From IMG/VR virus record IMGVR_UViG_3300020185_000011: a stretch of DNA of 64,000 bases; one strand, written 5' to 3'. This DNA is from a virus. The notes beneath the pieces were generated by a model that was not told where the DNA came from, made no database searches, and saw only the letters and a program-made list of their open reading frames with translations. A program made the translations under genes and the position numbers. How positions within the stretch are numbered: the first letter of the stretch is position 1; every line of letters starts with the position of its first letter. This document shows, in pieces, positions 10,401 to 20,306 of the stretch.

Positions 10401-11729
10401 GATTACTTGGTTCTTGAAACACAAGAAGACGGTAAACTATATGAAAACAATAGCATTCTGTTAGAAGATGGGTTTAAAGTTATTAACGAATTAGCGAGAC
10501 CCGAGAGTAAAGTTACGGATGCAAGATTCATTGCACCACCAAGAGTTAATAATCCAATCATACATTACAATGATGCTGGTTCGCCAGAGTCAGATGGTGT
10601 ATTAGATGCATCATCCATATTGCATCATTCTAGATTACAGGCTAGACACGTAAACATTTTTAAAATTGTTTCTAAGTCTGAACCACTACAAAGAAAAACA
10701 ACAAGAACTGATACCAATCCTAAACACGCTCATGTAAATGTTACAGTCAGTGGTGGTAAATTTAAAATGGACTTAGCCGATGAGGCAGGTGCAATTCAAA
10801 TCAAACAAGGATACAACTACTACTTTACAGTTCCAAAAACACATATACTTAAGTTCTCAACAACGCCAGACGGAACTCATGGTGGTGGTACCATTTATAC
10901 AACTGGTGTTATAAACTACACCCACAACAATTCAGCTGATTTATATAACATGACTCATTTGATTGTTGATGGTTCAACACCCGACACTCTATACTACTAT
11001 TGTACACTTCACAGTGGTATGGGTGGAAGAGTAGCAAAAAGTGTTCCATCATTTGATACGGTATTATCTTTATACCCAACAGATACTTATGGAACTAATG
11101 TAGAGATATCTGGCATCGGTGGTAATATGAACAGTGCTGTTTATGACCAATCAACACCACCAAATCTTATATCTTTACCAACAAGAACTTCTTTAGATGG
11201 AAAAGTACAAACCACAATCCAAACACTAAACGAAGAAACGTTAGTATTGGAAACTGGAGACAAGATTGTACAAGAACAGATTGATAACTTCATGAGAATG
11301 GAACCTACCCATGCACAGAATACAGCTGCAGAGGAAGGAGACTTCATTCAATATGAAAACGGAGACATCATGTTCTTGGAAGATGCAACCATCTCAAGAG
11401 AAGAGGAGTACTTTGTGACAGAACGAACTCAAGACTATGCAAGAGCAAATGCAAGTTATGGATTCGGAACAACTTTGAGAAGACTAAATATGTTATCAAG
11501 TCAACAATCATATGACATATCATATTACCTAAAAGATGAAACTGATGGCGATGATATATTATTAGAAGATGGGCATGGAAACGTAATGGTGGAAACACCT
11601 AAATATGAAGGACTGAGAATATCATCCTTTGACAACTACTTCCCAAATAGATATTCAGATGAATATGAGAAGAGTTTTGCAAATAAAAGAACAAATTTGA
11701 CCTATTCCGCTTATGTTAAGTCGGGTTAG
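7485..11729 (+). CDS. gp7: Baseplate wedge initiator gp7-like, extended
   Basis: LPEYL...FL.AYFEYLE, IKNIKDLY..KGTEDSLKFL.RLLYG, D..RYQ.HSY..R, KDLLHPAG; lies between gp6 and gp8. Confidence 0.75.
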   Translation: MSHQDFSIDKLSHRLPSLLPEYLKEESPMFEAFLNAYFEYLESEILVFETSSKTEFAKSDIDGVSLEDGTGAILLEPATISPSPDQDSSKILYDGYNDSDEQFLSPYKVGEYIVGNTSKTVSKIVVINGNTLYLQTISGTGFAKGEIIKGREGGRETSVTSYKENTILANNRLLDYSDIDHTTEDFLNYFQTDLAPSFDLGLTMNKRLTIKNIKDLYQQKGTEDSLKFLMRLLYGDDAEVRYPYNETIFASDSDYSQERRVNVKMTIQGRVPVATDKIVEYRDSTKTAIQAESVIESVYVLDINNDEYSLEITDNHKGTFTAGAEVDLVDRDGVTIETATLQGLIHSINHDASSTYVGVDSEDGKMLSETGDSTLLEDGGFILKEPVDFDLLWEDGGGILLEGGNAGSMYSNADTINFLGAKDNLDSVECQTNVSGLSLGGVERIFIDLGGTNYEGGEMVVFDNTATGGSGAAGIIGSVGDEVIQENHETFGQYEYIATAGQTLFNGDDIHGKSLFFNDNSITVFKNGIEKTANTSHTKHDYSHKNDRVVFEEPCSAGDVVEIVIEYYRIVYEDGRAINYNSEDGRIREVIISDPGAGYHTLPKVYPGGYIFLDDVSQFVEGELITQVENFETTATGKVLEVDVQKNRLTILRDSTHTGVFKDGAPITSQLSNQSTIIRNQNVATGNGATLFAYSSTIGAIEKLNILDQGNRFTSDAVASPTSTFPMMITTPTSSLNQGEKIVGDISGATADVLSYDQDRHVLKYTNLKGSFLQDERVAYANEDSFKVMFDDPYNGRGSFGGEGLIQEHFVGDKSWLDTTAANIHDSHRYQSHSYIVRVGESINKWRSVVKDLLHPAGHIFFGEVAIHKTVKSTDVPQGRFSEEDLNLENRMGIISTTFVPMVVMQLHPTDNVLLETSDRNSEDHLALEDGLAPDHELYSVSNIHLLENENSRDNFAHFSKQTLKELQTYLTDYLVLETQEDGKLYENNSILLEDGFKVINELARPESKVTDARFIAPPRVNNPIIHYNDAGSPESDGVLDASSILHHSRLQARHVNIFKIVSKSEPLQRKTTRTDTNPKHAHVNVTVSGGKFKMDLADEAGAIQIKQGYNYYFTVPKTHILKFSTTPDGTHGGGTIYTTGVINYTHNNSADLYNMTHLIVDGSTPDTLYYYCTLHSGMGGRVAKSVPSFDTVLSLYPTDTYGTNVEISGIGGNMNSAVYDQSTPPNLISLPTRTSLDGKVQTTIQTLNEETLVLETGDKIVQEQIDNFMRMEPTHAQNTAAEEGDFIQYENGDIMFLEDATISREEEYFVTERTQDYARANASYGFGTTLRRLNMLSSQQSYDISYYLKDETDGDDILLEDGHGNVMVETPKYEGLRISSFDNYFPNRYSDEYEKSFANKRTNLTYSAYVKSG

Positions 11730-11770
11730 TGTTATAAATAGTATTATATAATTTCGGGAGAGAAATAAAA

Positions 11771-13240
11771 ATGGCAGCAATAATAACAGAGAAGTTTCGT
11801 ACACATAATGCGAAACAATTTAAAGAGGACTTCTCATCAGCAGAAACTTCCTCTTCAACTTATATATTCATAGGAAGGTCATTTGCATGGCCGAATGATG
11901 CAGTTCCTACAGACCCAACAAACTCAGTTGGTGAAGAGTTGGACGCATGGTCAGACATGATTGCACTAAAGAAAGTGCCTACTGGCGATGTAACTCATGG
12001 ACTAGTTAGATATAACTGGACTGCAAACACAACTTATGACGAATATCAACACGATGTAGGTTCAGTTGGGAACAACTCAACAGCAACTAGTGCATCAAAC
12101 GTTTACGATTCTAGATTTTATGTGATGACAGAAGACTATAACGTGTACAAATGTATCAGAACAGGTAGAAGTTCAGGCGGTGCTGTCGTTGCCTCTACTG
12201 TAGCACCTAGTGGTACATCATCAACTGCAATTATCGAAACTGCAGATACAGGAGCGGGAACAGGTAGAGGATACAAATGGAAATACATGTATTCAATCTC
12301 AGCTTCAGACGTAATCAAATTCGTAACTAACGACTTTATCCCAGTTAAAACAATCGGTGCTCAAACAGAAATCTTTGGAACAGGCAATAACGGTGGTTTA
12401 GGAACCGTTGCAACAAACGATAGTACTGCACAATGGGACGTAGAAAATGATGCAGTAGATGGAGCAATCTATCATGCAGTAGTAACTGCAGGCGGAAGTG
12501 GATACACAAACGGAGATGGTACATACGAAAACGTTGCAATCGATGGAGATGGTACAGGTGGTGTTTGTTCAATCCACGTATCAAGTGGTGTTATCACACA
12601 CGTAACAGTTACAACTCCAGGCTCTGGTTACAGACGTGCGAGTGTAGACATTGCAGCTGCAGTGCCAGGCGGAACTGGTGCAGCTATTAAAGTTATCCTT
12701 TCACCAATCATAGGACATGGTGCAGACCCAGTAGAAGAACTAGGTGGAAACTACATTATCATCAACTCTAGATTTGAGTTTGGTGAAGGTGATGGAGACT
12801 TCCCAACAGATAACGATTTCAGAAGAATCGGCCTAGTACAAGACCCATTCAAAAATGGTACAACAACTATTGGTTCAGACTCTTCTATGACAGCATACTC
12901 ACAAATGACTTTGTCAAGTGCAAGTGGTTTATCACCCGATGATATAATCATGGATGCATCTACAGACGGAGTTGGAGTAGCAGTTTCTAGAATCGTTTCT
13001 ATAAACGGAACAGTTATATCTCACATACCTGTAGCAAACAGTGAAGGTGGTTATGCAAACTTTGCTCAAGCAGACGTAGTCTACAAGGGTGGTTCAAACA
13101 TTGGTACGGTGTCTTCAGTTAACGCTGCTCACCCCGAGGTTGAACATTACTCAGGCAACATCATGTACATAGAGAATCGTGGTGCTGTTTCAAGAGCTGC
13201 AGACCAAATCGAAGATATTAAATTAATTATTGAAATGTAA
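11771..13240 (+). CDS. gp8: Baseplate wedge subunit gp8
   Basis: MAAIITEKFR, FYVMTEDYNVYKC, GYKWKYMY, GHGADPVEELGG, DQIEDIKLIIEM. Confidence 0.9.
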   Translation: MAAIITEKFRTHNAKQFKEDFSSAETSSSTYIFIGRSFAWPNDAVPTDPTNSVGEELDAWSDMIALKKVPTGDVTHGLVRYNWTANTTYDEYQHDVGSVGNNSTATSASNVYDSRFYVMTEDYNVYKCIRTGRSSGGAVVASTVAPSGTSSTAIIETADTGAGTGRGYKWKYMYSISASDVIKFVTNDFIPVKTIGAQTEIFGTGNNGGLGTVATNDSTAQWDVENDAVDGAIYHAVVTAGGSGYTNGDGTYENVAIDGDGTGGVCSIHVSSGVITHVTVTTPGSGYRRASVDIAAAVPGGTGAAIKVILSPIIGHGADPVEELGGNYIIINSRFEFGEGDGDFPTDNDFRRIGLVQDPFKNGTTTIGSDSSMTAYSQMTLSSASGLSPDDIIMDASTDGVGVAVSRIVSINGTVISHIPVANSEGGYANFAQADVVYKGGSNIGTVSSVNAAHPEVEHYSGNIMYIENRGAVSRAADQIEDIKLIIEM

Positions 13241-13244
13241 TACT

Positions 13245-13262
13245 GGGGAGCAATCCCCCTTT
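13245..13262 (+). terminator. Hairpin after gp8
   Basis: GGGGA-GCAA-TCCCC followed by CTTT. Confidence 0.4.
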
Positions 13263-13288
13263 ACATTTTATACCAAGGCTAAAAGACT

Positions 13289-16200
13289 ATGGCAGAGAAG
13301 ACAGACTTAAATATATCACCTTATTATGACGACTATTCCGAAGATAAGAAATTTCATAAAGTTCTTTATAGAGCAGGCCGTCCTTTACAAGCAAGGGAAT
13401 TAACACAGTCTCAGTCAATCCTACAAAACCAAATCTCTAGACTTGGAGACCACTTCTTTGAAGAAGGGACTATCATCCAAGGCGCACAAGCAAACATCGA
13501 TATGGATGTTTACTATGTCAAAGTTAAAGCTGCAAACCCTAATCCAAGTGGTAATACTGCAGTAGAAACTTATAGAGAATCATTTCATGGAAAGTATGTC
13601 AGAGGTCAAACTAGTGGTGTTGTAGCAAAGGTAGTAACATCAACTGCAGAAACATCTGCAGATAAATTAACTCTATTTGTTAGACCAGTTCAACAAGGTA
13701 CAACAGCCACTAACGATTTCTTATTCCAAGCATCCGAAACATTGGAGTTGGTAGGATACGATTCAAGTGGTACGGTATCTGCAGATTCAGCTTCACAAAA
13801 CGATTTCGAAATTCAACCAACCTCAGAATCACCAGTAGGTAGAGCATCACTTGCAGAAATATCTGAAGGTGTAGTATTTGTAAGAGGATTCTTCACTAAG
13901 GTTGATAAACAAATTATCCTACTAGAAAAATACAATGGAGCACCATCTTATAGAGTAGGTCTAGATATCACCGAAACATTGGTGACTTCATCTGCAGACG
14001 GTACATTATTAGACAATGCAGCGGGTTCTTCAAATGAGAACGCTGGTGGTGCAGATAGATTACAATTTAACCTAGTACTAGGTAAACATAAACTAGATTC
14101 AATATTAGGTACATCCTTTGTTGAATTGACAAGAGTGAACAAAGGTGTCATAACACTTAAGATTGATAAAACAAAATATGCAGAGATAGAAAACACTCTT
14201 GCAAGAAGAACCTTTGAAGCAAATGGTGACTTCGTTGTAAATCAATTTACTGCTTCTTCAAGAGAACACTTAGACACAGGTGATAACTTAGGTTTCTATG
14301 CAGCTGCAAATGGTGGAGATGCAAATAGGTTTGTATTCATGGTATCGCCAGGTAAGGCATATGTAAGAGGATATGAAATCGATAAAGTTGGTACAACAAC
14401 TCTCTCCATAAACAAAGCAAGAACAACAGAAACATTAAATAATGTATCAGCACCTATTAGATTAGGAAACAAATTACGAGTATATAATACTCATGGTCTA
14501 CCCGAGTTCGGTAATGAAACTGGACAGGATACTATTGACCCACACAATCCAGTACTATTGTATGATGGATTAAAATCAACTTTAGGTATATCAGACACAG
14601 ATGCTTTAAACTTAAACTCCTCAACAGGAAATATTGGTACTGCAAGAGTTAGAAACGTAGACCATGTCAGTGGTGTAGACACAAGTGATGTCTATGGTAC
14701 AGATGCATTATTCAATATGTATATGTTTGATATCAAGATGTTCACCAAACTTACTGGTACGATTGCAAACACATTCGTAACAGGTGATAAAGTCACTGGT
14801 AGTGCAACTGGTACAACTGCTATTGTTCACCATGTCGAGGGAAGTAATCTTTTTGTTCATGATGTACAGGGTGCATTCTCAACTTCTGATAATATCTCAG
14901 CAGTTGGTTCGGGTTCAAATGCAACACTTACAAGTTGTTCTGCAGTTAGAGCATATAATATTGACCGTGCAAGGTCAGTTGCCCAGTTACCAAACGTTGC
15001 TGGTAGAGAAATCTTTACTGCAGATGTCTTCTTAGATGCAGACCAAGTTCTAGCTGGAACAATTACAATGGCCTCGGACTCCGCTACCGTTACAGGTTTT
15101 GCAACTCAGTTCATAAAAGAATTAAAAGAAGGTGACCAACTATTAGACCAAGCAGGTAATGTTAGAGTCATTGCTTCAGTACAATCAGAAACAAGTTTAA
15201 CTTTGACCGCGGATGGTTCTTCATCATACAGTGGTAATGCAGTTCGAAGACGTGCAAAACTGGTTGACCAAAACCAAACTGCAAACATCCATGCATGGCC
15301 AAGAGATTGGGTTAAAACACACAGCCCAGATTTTGTTACAGTAAGAAGACAGGTCACTAAATTAGTTTCCAGTGGTGGTTTCAGTATCACTACTAATGCT
15401 GGAGAAACATTCGGTGCAAGAAACACAGACAATTTTGCAATCTCAGTAAGAGAACCAGCAGGTGGTTATGCAGCTGGTGATGTACTAAACATCGAAGACT
15501 TGAGTCCAAATGTGACTACTTCGGGTTCAACAGAAACATTGGCATGCACCGTTGCATCATCAAATAACAATGCAGTTATTGATATAACTTACACAGTTAC
15601 AATTTCAGACCCGACTGCAAGAGGCAAATCTTTAGCACAAGCAAGATGTCTTAAAGTAGGAAGTCCTAGAAGTTCAAACGGTTTCTATGGAACTGCATAC
15701 GATGATAAAGATATCACATTAGGTGTTGCAGACGTACATAAGATTATTGCAGTATACGAAGGTGTTGACGGAACACCAATCACACCTAACGGTGTTATTA
15801 CCACATCAAGTGGTACGTTTGTTAATTATGAAGAACTCATAGGACAAACATCAGGCGCAAGAGCAATACTCATTAACAACGGTGGTGGTAATGCATCATA
15901 TTGGTATTACACATCTAAAGACGGTGCAACATTCGTTGGTGGTGAAACAGTAGTAGGACAGACATCTATTGCAGTTGGAGTTTTAGGTGCAACTATTAGT
16001 CAAGGTTCACCCGACATTAAAGATAGATACTTCTTTGACAATGGTCAAAGAGATGGGTTTTATGACCTATCTAAATTAACACTTAAGCCTGGGCAACCAA
16101 CACCTAACGGCCCAATCATGGTATTGTTCGATTACTTCAGAGTATCGGGTGGTGGTGACTTCTTTGATGTATCCTCATATTCAGCAATCGATTATTCTCA

Positions 16201-19200
16201 GATTCCAGTTTACTCTCCAAACAAAGTAGACTTGGGTGGTTTAGAACCCGATGGAACATTTGAACTTTCAGATTGTCTTGACTTTAGACCAGTGGTAGGT
16301 CAGATTATTGGTAGTACCACTTTTGGAACAAACAATTCACAAGACCCATCAAGTCCAGTTGACATATCAAACTCCACTAGTGGAGCAGTGTATGCACCAT
16401 TTGGTTATGAGAGTGGTCGTTCTTTCTTAGGTGCAAGAAGTGGTATCTCCGAAACAAATGCTAACGCAGTGGACGTTCCTGTTAGTGGAACATCTCTTAA
16501 AGGTGACATCTCATTCTATGTTGGAAGAATCGATAAAATCTTCTTACACAAAAAAGGTAAGTTTGAAATATCTCAAGGAACACCAGCTTTATCACCAACT
16601 AAACCAACAGGGTTAGACGATTGTATTCAGTTGTTTGAATTATCAATTCCTGCTTACACTAATAAACTATCAGATGTACGAGTAAGAAGTTTTGACCATA
16701 GACGATATACCATGAAGGATATCGGTAAGATACAAAACAGGGTTACCAACCTTGAAAGAATTACATCTCTTTCTCTATTAGAAAAAGATACACAAACAAA
16801 ACAAATTTTAGATGCAGACGGTTTTGACAGATATAAGTCAGGCTTCTTAGTAGATAACTTTAGAGGTCATAAGATTGGTGATGTAAACCATCCCGACTAT
16901 AACTGTGCTATCGATACTGCAATGGGTATGTTAAGACCCAAAGCATTTACACAATTCTTTGGTGTTACACAGAACGAAGGTGCATCATCTAACTATCAAA
17001 AGACTGGTGATATAATCACTTTACCATATGACGAAGTTAGTTATGTTAACCAAAACAAAGCGTCTCGTTCAATCAATGTTAACCCTTATCACGTGTTTGC
17101 ATTTATCGGTAATGTTAAACTATCACCCGATACAGATATTTGGCAAGACACCGAAAGACTACCCGATGTTTCAATAAACAGAGAGGGTAACTTTGATGCA
17201 GTTCTAGCTGAAAACGCAAACGCATTAGGAACAGTTTGGAACTCATGGCAAACAACATGGGTTGGTGAACCTACTACAACATCTTCAGAAGTACAAGCAA
17301 CCTCTAACGGTTCATGGAGTGGAGACCCACTACAAGGTGGACAATGGGTTGCTGGTTTACAAATTACTAGAGAGATTACAGACACACCCGAAATCCAAAC
17401 AAGGACTGGTGTAACAACTACAGTTGTTGAAGATTTAGTAGAAACAAGAAATGACAGAATAGTATCAATGTCTTTGATACCATTTATTCGTGCAAAGACT
17501 ATTGAAATTGATGCAACAAACTTAAAACCAAATTCAAACCATTACTTCTACTTTGATAACATCATAGTAAACAAATATGTAAGACCTTACAATGCAAACT
17601 ATTCACAAGATAGTGGCACTACAGTTGCTTCACATTGTAAAACAGATGGTAATGGAAGACTAAGAGCATATTTCGAATTGCCTAATACTGCAGTTCAAAG
17701 ATTCCCAACAGGGTCAAGAGAATTAAGAATTACTTCAAGTTTATATAATATGCCTAACCCTGCTTCACAGGGAACTACATTATATACTGCTCAAGGTATA
17801 TTACAAGCTTCTCAAACAGAAATTATCTCTACAAGAAATGCAAGAGTAATTAGAGAAGACCGTTCAATGCAAAGGGACTTCTCAAGAAGAGGTGAAAGGT
17901 TAAACTCAGAGATACATGATACAACTGCACCCGATTTACCGCCAAGACCAGTTAACGAGGTTCCAGTGGATAACAATCCGCCAGAACCACCCCCAGTAAC
18001 ACCAATACCTGGCCCATTGCCCGCTGAAGTGGATATAATACCACCTATCTCGATTCAAGAAATAATCGTGGAAATTCCAAACATTATACCCGAGATTGTG
18101 TTTGTACCACCAGTATTAACATTCCCAACTCCACCACACGTGCCACAAGTAATGGTCATCCAAGATAGAAGAGAGATGCCTGAGTTGCAGCTAGAAAGAC
18201 CTATGATTCAAGTCTTGAATGGTGGTAACCCAAGAGGATGGGGAGACCCACTTGCTCAATCATTCTTGGTTGACACTGTAGGTGGATTAGATTTAACCTC
18301 AATAGATTTATACTTTGCAAAGAAAGACACTTTCATGCCTTGTTCAGTACAAATCAGAAACATGGTTAATGGATATCCAGGCCAGTTAGTACTACCATTC
18401 TCAGATGTTACTAAAAATCCCGATGATATTAATGTATCTGCAGATGGTTCAGTGAAAACTACATTCACATTCGATTCTATGGTTCATTTGAACGAAGATA
18501 CTGAATACTGTTTTGTAGTTTACTCAAACTCAAATGAATACGAAGCATATATCTCAAGAATGGGAGAAACAGATTTAACAACTGCAGAAACTATTAGTGG
18601 TCAACCATATGCTGGTTCATTGTTCTTATCACAGAACGCATCTACATGGACTGCAGAACAAACAGATGACCTTAAGTTTAACTTGAAGGCTGCAAAATAT
18701 CAGATTGATAAGGTTGGTAGTGTACATTTCGAAAATGATGCTCTTCCAGCTGCAAACCTACAGGTTAATCCAATCGAAACTTTTGCAAACAATAAAGTGA
18801 AAGTATATTCTTACTTCCATGGTCTCTATGATGACACATTTAACAGAGATAATGTGACACTAGCAGGAATCACTGGAGATAAACAGAATTCTGCAGTAAA
18901 CATTACAAGTTTCTCACAGATTGGTGGTGATACACTACCAGCAGATGGAACAATCGACTGTACAGGTGATACCCATAGTGGTGGAACAGGTAGTGGAATC
19001 AAGTGTGAAGTCATCATATCAAGTGGTGCAATTACAGATGTAAACATTCTCAAATGTGGACAAGGTTATACTGCAGCTGATAACATTACAATTACAAATA
19101 TTGGTAGTTCGAATGCAGATGTAAGTGTGGTATTAGGAGCAGTCGAAGACACATTAGGTGGTTGTCCTATATCTCTTATCAATGCAACACATAGTACTAT

Positions 19201-20104
19201 TTCTGATAGAGGAATAGACTCATTTAGACTTGCACCTTCTCTTTCAGCGTATGATTTATCAAGTAACTACGTGTTCGAGACTACAGTAGGTGGTGGTGCT
19301 AATGCAACATCAACAAGAAACTACTACTTTGACTCATTACACACAATGATTCCTTCAGTACAATTGAAAGGAACAATCATTAGTGCAAACGTTCTTACAA
19401 CACCGATGTATTCACCCGAAGGAATTATTGACGGAAATGTATATCAAAGAAGAACTGCAAATAGATTTGTAACAATGAACGATAACGTATTCTTTGGTTC
19501 ACCATCAATCGTAGCTTCACCCGAAAACGAAGCTTCAGAGATGTCATCACAGAAATCATTCAACTTACAGTTACAGTTAATGTCATTCAACCCTAACATA
19601 TCACCTATGATTGATGTTCAAGCAGCGGGTTGTCTAGGTACAGGAAACAGAATTAATAATATAGACAGTGCAACTAGTACTAAGAACAATGGTACAACAA
19701 CTTCTCTACCAGCTGGTACACCATTCGTACCATCAACAGAGTCAGAGGGTGATTCAAATGCAATGGTCTATGTAACAAGAAAGGTTAACCTTAAGACTCC
19801 AGCAACATCCTTAAAAGTTATTGCAGATGTCTTTAGACCACCAACATCTGAAGTTAAATTTATGTATAAAATCATCAAGAATGATGAAGAAACTCTACTA
19901 GATGATGTAGGTTTTGAATACTTCAATACAGATGGTTCACCCGATGTTTCAACAGCAGAAGATGCAAGAAACTTTAAAGAATATGAGTTTACTGCAAATG
20001 ATTTACCCGAATTTAGTGGATTCGTAGTTAAAATAGTAGGTCAAGGAACAAGTACATCTATAGTACCAGCGGTAACTGCACTAAGATGTATGGCACTTGC
20101 ATAA
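13289..20104 (+). CDS. VrlC-like / DUF4815 large virion structural protein
   Basis: TDLNISPYYDDY, LQARELTQ.QSILQNQI, RYTMKDIG.I..R..NLE, SGFLVDNF, DPLAQSF motifs. Confidence 0.8.
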   Translation: MAEKTDLNISPYYDDYSEDKKFHKVLYRAGRPLQARELTQSQSILQNQISRLGDHFFEEGTIIQGAQANIDMDVYYVKVKAANPNPSGNTAVETYRESFHGKYVRGQTSGVVAKVVTSTAETSADKLTLFVRPVQQGTTATNDFLFQASETLELVGYDSSGTVSADSASQNDFEIQPTSESPVGRASLAEISEGVVFVRGFFTKVDKQIILLEKYNGAPSYRVGLDITETLVTSSADGTLLDNAAGSSNENAGGADRLQFNLVLGKHKLDSILGTSFVELTRVNKGVITLKIDKTKYAEIENTLARRTFEANGDFVVNQFTASSREHLDTGDNLGFYAAANGGDANRFVFMVSPGKAYVRGYEIDKVGTTTLSINKARTTETLNNVSAPIRLGNKLRVYNTHGLPEFGNETGQDTIDPHNPVLLYDGLKSTLGISDTDALNLNSSTGNIGTARVRNVDHVSGVDTSDVYGTDALFNMYMFDIKMFTKLTGTIANTFVTGDKVTGSATGTTAIVHHVEGSNLFVHDVQGAFSTSDNISAVGSGSNATLTSCSAVRAYNIDRARSVAQLPNVAGREIFTADVFLDADQVLAGTITMASDSATVTGFATQFIKELKEGDQLLDQAGNVRVIASVQSETSLTLTADGSSSYSGNAVRRRAKLVDQNQTANIHAWPRDWVKTHSPDFVTVRRQVTKLVSSGGFSITTNAGETFGARNTDNFAISVREPAGGYAAGDVLNIEDLSPNVTTSGSTETLACTVASSNNNAVIDITYTVTISDPTARGKSLAQARCLKVGSPRSSNGFYGTAYDDKDITLGVADVHKIIAVYEGVDGTPITPNGVITTSSGTFVNYEELIGQTSGARAILINNGGGNASYWYYTSKDGATFVGGETVVGQTSIAVGVLGATISQGSPDIKDRYFFDNGQRDGFYDLSKLTLKPGQPTPNGPIMVLFDYFRVSGGGDFFDVSSYSAIDYSQIPVYSPNKVDLGGLEPDGTFELSDCLDFRPVVGQIIGSTTFGTNNSQDPSSPVDISNSTSGAVYAPFGYESGRSFLGARSGISETNANAVDVPVSGTSLKGDISFYVGRIDKIFLHKKGKFEISQGTPALSPTKPTGLDDCIQLFELSIPAYTNKLSDVRVRSFDHRRYTMKDIGKIQNRVTNLERITSLSLLEKDTQTKQILDADGFDRYKSGFLVDNFRGHKIGDVNHPDYNCAIDTAMGMLRPKAFTQFFGVTQNEGASSNYQKTGDIITLPYDEVSYVNQNKASRSINVNPYHVFAFIGNVKLSPDTDIWQDTERLPDVSINREGNFDAVLAENANALGTVWNSWQTTWVGEPTTTSSEVQATSNGSWSGDPLQGGQWVAGLQITREITDTPEIQTRTGVTTTVVEDLVETRNDRIVSMSLIPFIRAKTIEIDATNLKPNSNHYFYFDNIIVNKYVRPYNANYSQDSGTTVASHCKTDGNGRLRAYFELPNTAVQRFPTGSRELRITSSLYNMPNPASQGTTLYTAQGILQASQTEIISTRNARVIREDRSMQRDFSRRGERLNSEIHDTTAPDLPPRPVNEVPVDNNPPEPPPVTPIPGPLPAEVDIIPPISIQEIIVEIPNIIPEIVFVPPVLTFPTPPHVPQVMVIQDRREMPELQLERPMIQVLNGGNPRGWGDPLAQSFLVDTVGGLDLTSIDLYFAKKDTFMPCSVQIRNMVNGYPGQLVLPFSDVTKNPDDINVSADGSVKTTFTFDSMVHLNEDTEYCFVVYSNSNEYEAYISRMGETDLTTAETISGQPYAGSLFLSQNASTWTAEQTDDLKFNLKAAKYQIDKVGSVHFENDALPAANLQVNPIETFANNKVKVYSYFHGLYDDTFNRDNVTLAGITGDKQNSAVNITSFSQIGGDTLPADGTIDCTGDTHSGGTGSGIKCEVIISSGAITDVNILKCGQGYTAADNITITNIGSSNADVSVVLGAVEDTLGGCPISLINATHSTISDRGIDSFRLAPSLSAYDLSSNYVFETTVGGGANATSTRNYYFDSLHTMIPSVQLKGTIISANVLTTPMYSPEGIIDGNVYQRRTANRFVTMNDNVFFGSPSIVASPENEASEMSSQKSFNLQLQLMSFNPNISPMIDVQAAGCLGTGNRINNIDSATSTKNNGTTTSLPAGTPFVPSTESEGDSNAMVYVTRKVNLKTPATSLKVIADVFRPPTSEVKFMYKIIKNDEETLLDDVGFEYFNTDGSPDVSTAEDARNFKEYEFTANDLPEFSGFVVKIVGQGTSTSIVPAVTALRCMALA

Positions 20105-20105
20105 G

Positions 20106-20306
20106 ATGGGTATTAAAGTCGAAGGACAATCCAATCTTTATAGAGACGAAAGTTCTCATGCTATTATAAATACAGATGTAGAACAGTATAGATTACATAT
20201 GGTTAGGAAACAACGGTTTCTAGCACAAAGGAACGAGATAGACACACTTAAGAGTGAAGTATCAGAAATGAAAAGTATGCTTCAACAATTATTGGATAGG
20301 ACGTAA
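20106..20306 (+). CDS. Small conserved T4-like hypothetical protein (coiled coil)
   Basis: KVEG..NLYRDESS.AIINTD plus C-terminal coiled coil; ATG at 20106 follows the VrlC stop. Confidence 0.7.
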   Translation: MGIKVEGQSNLYRDESSHAIINTDVEQYRLHMVRKQRFLAQRNEIDTLKSEVSEMKSMLQQLLDRT

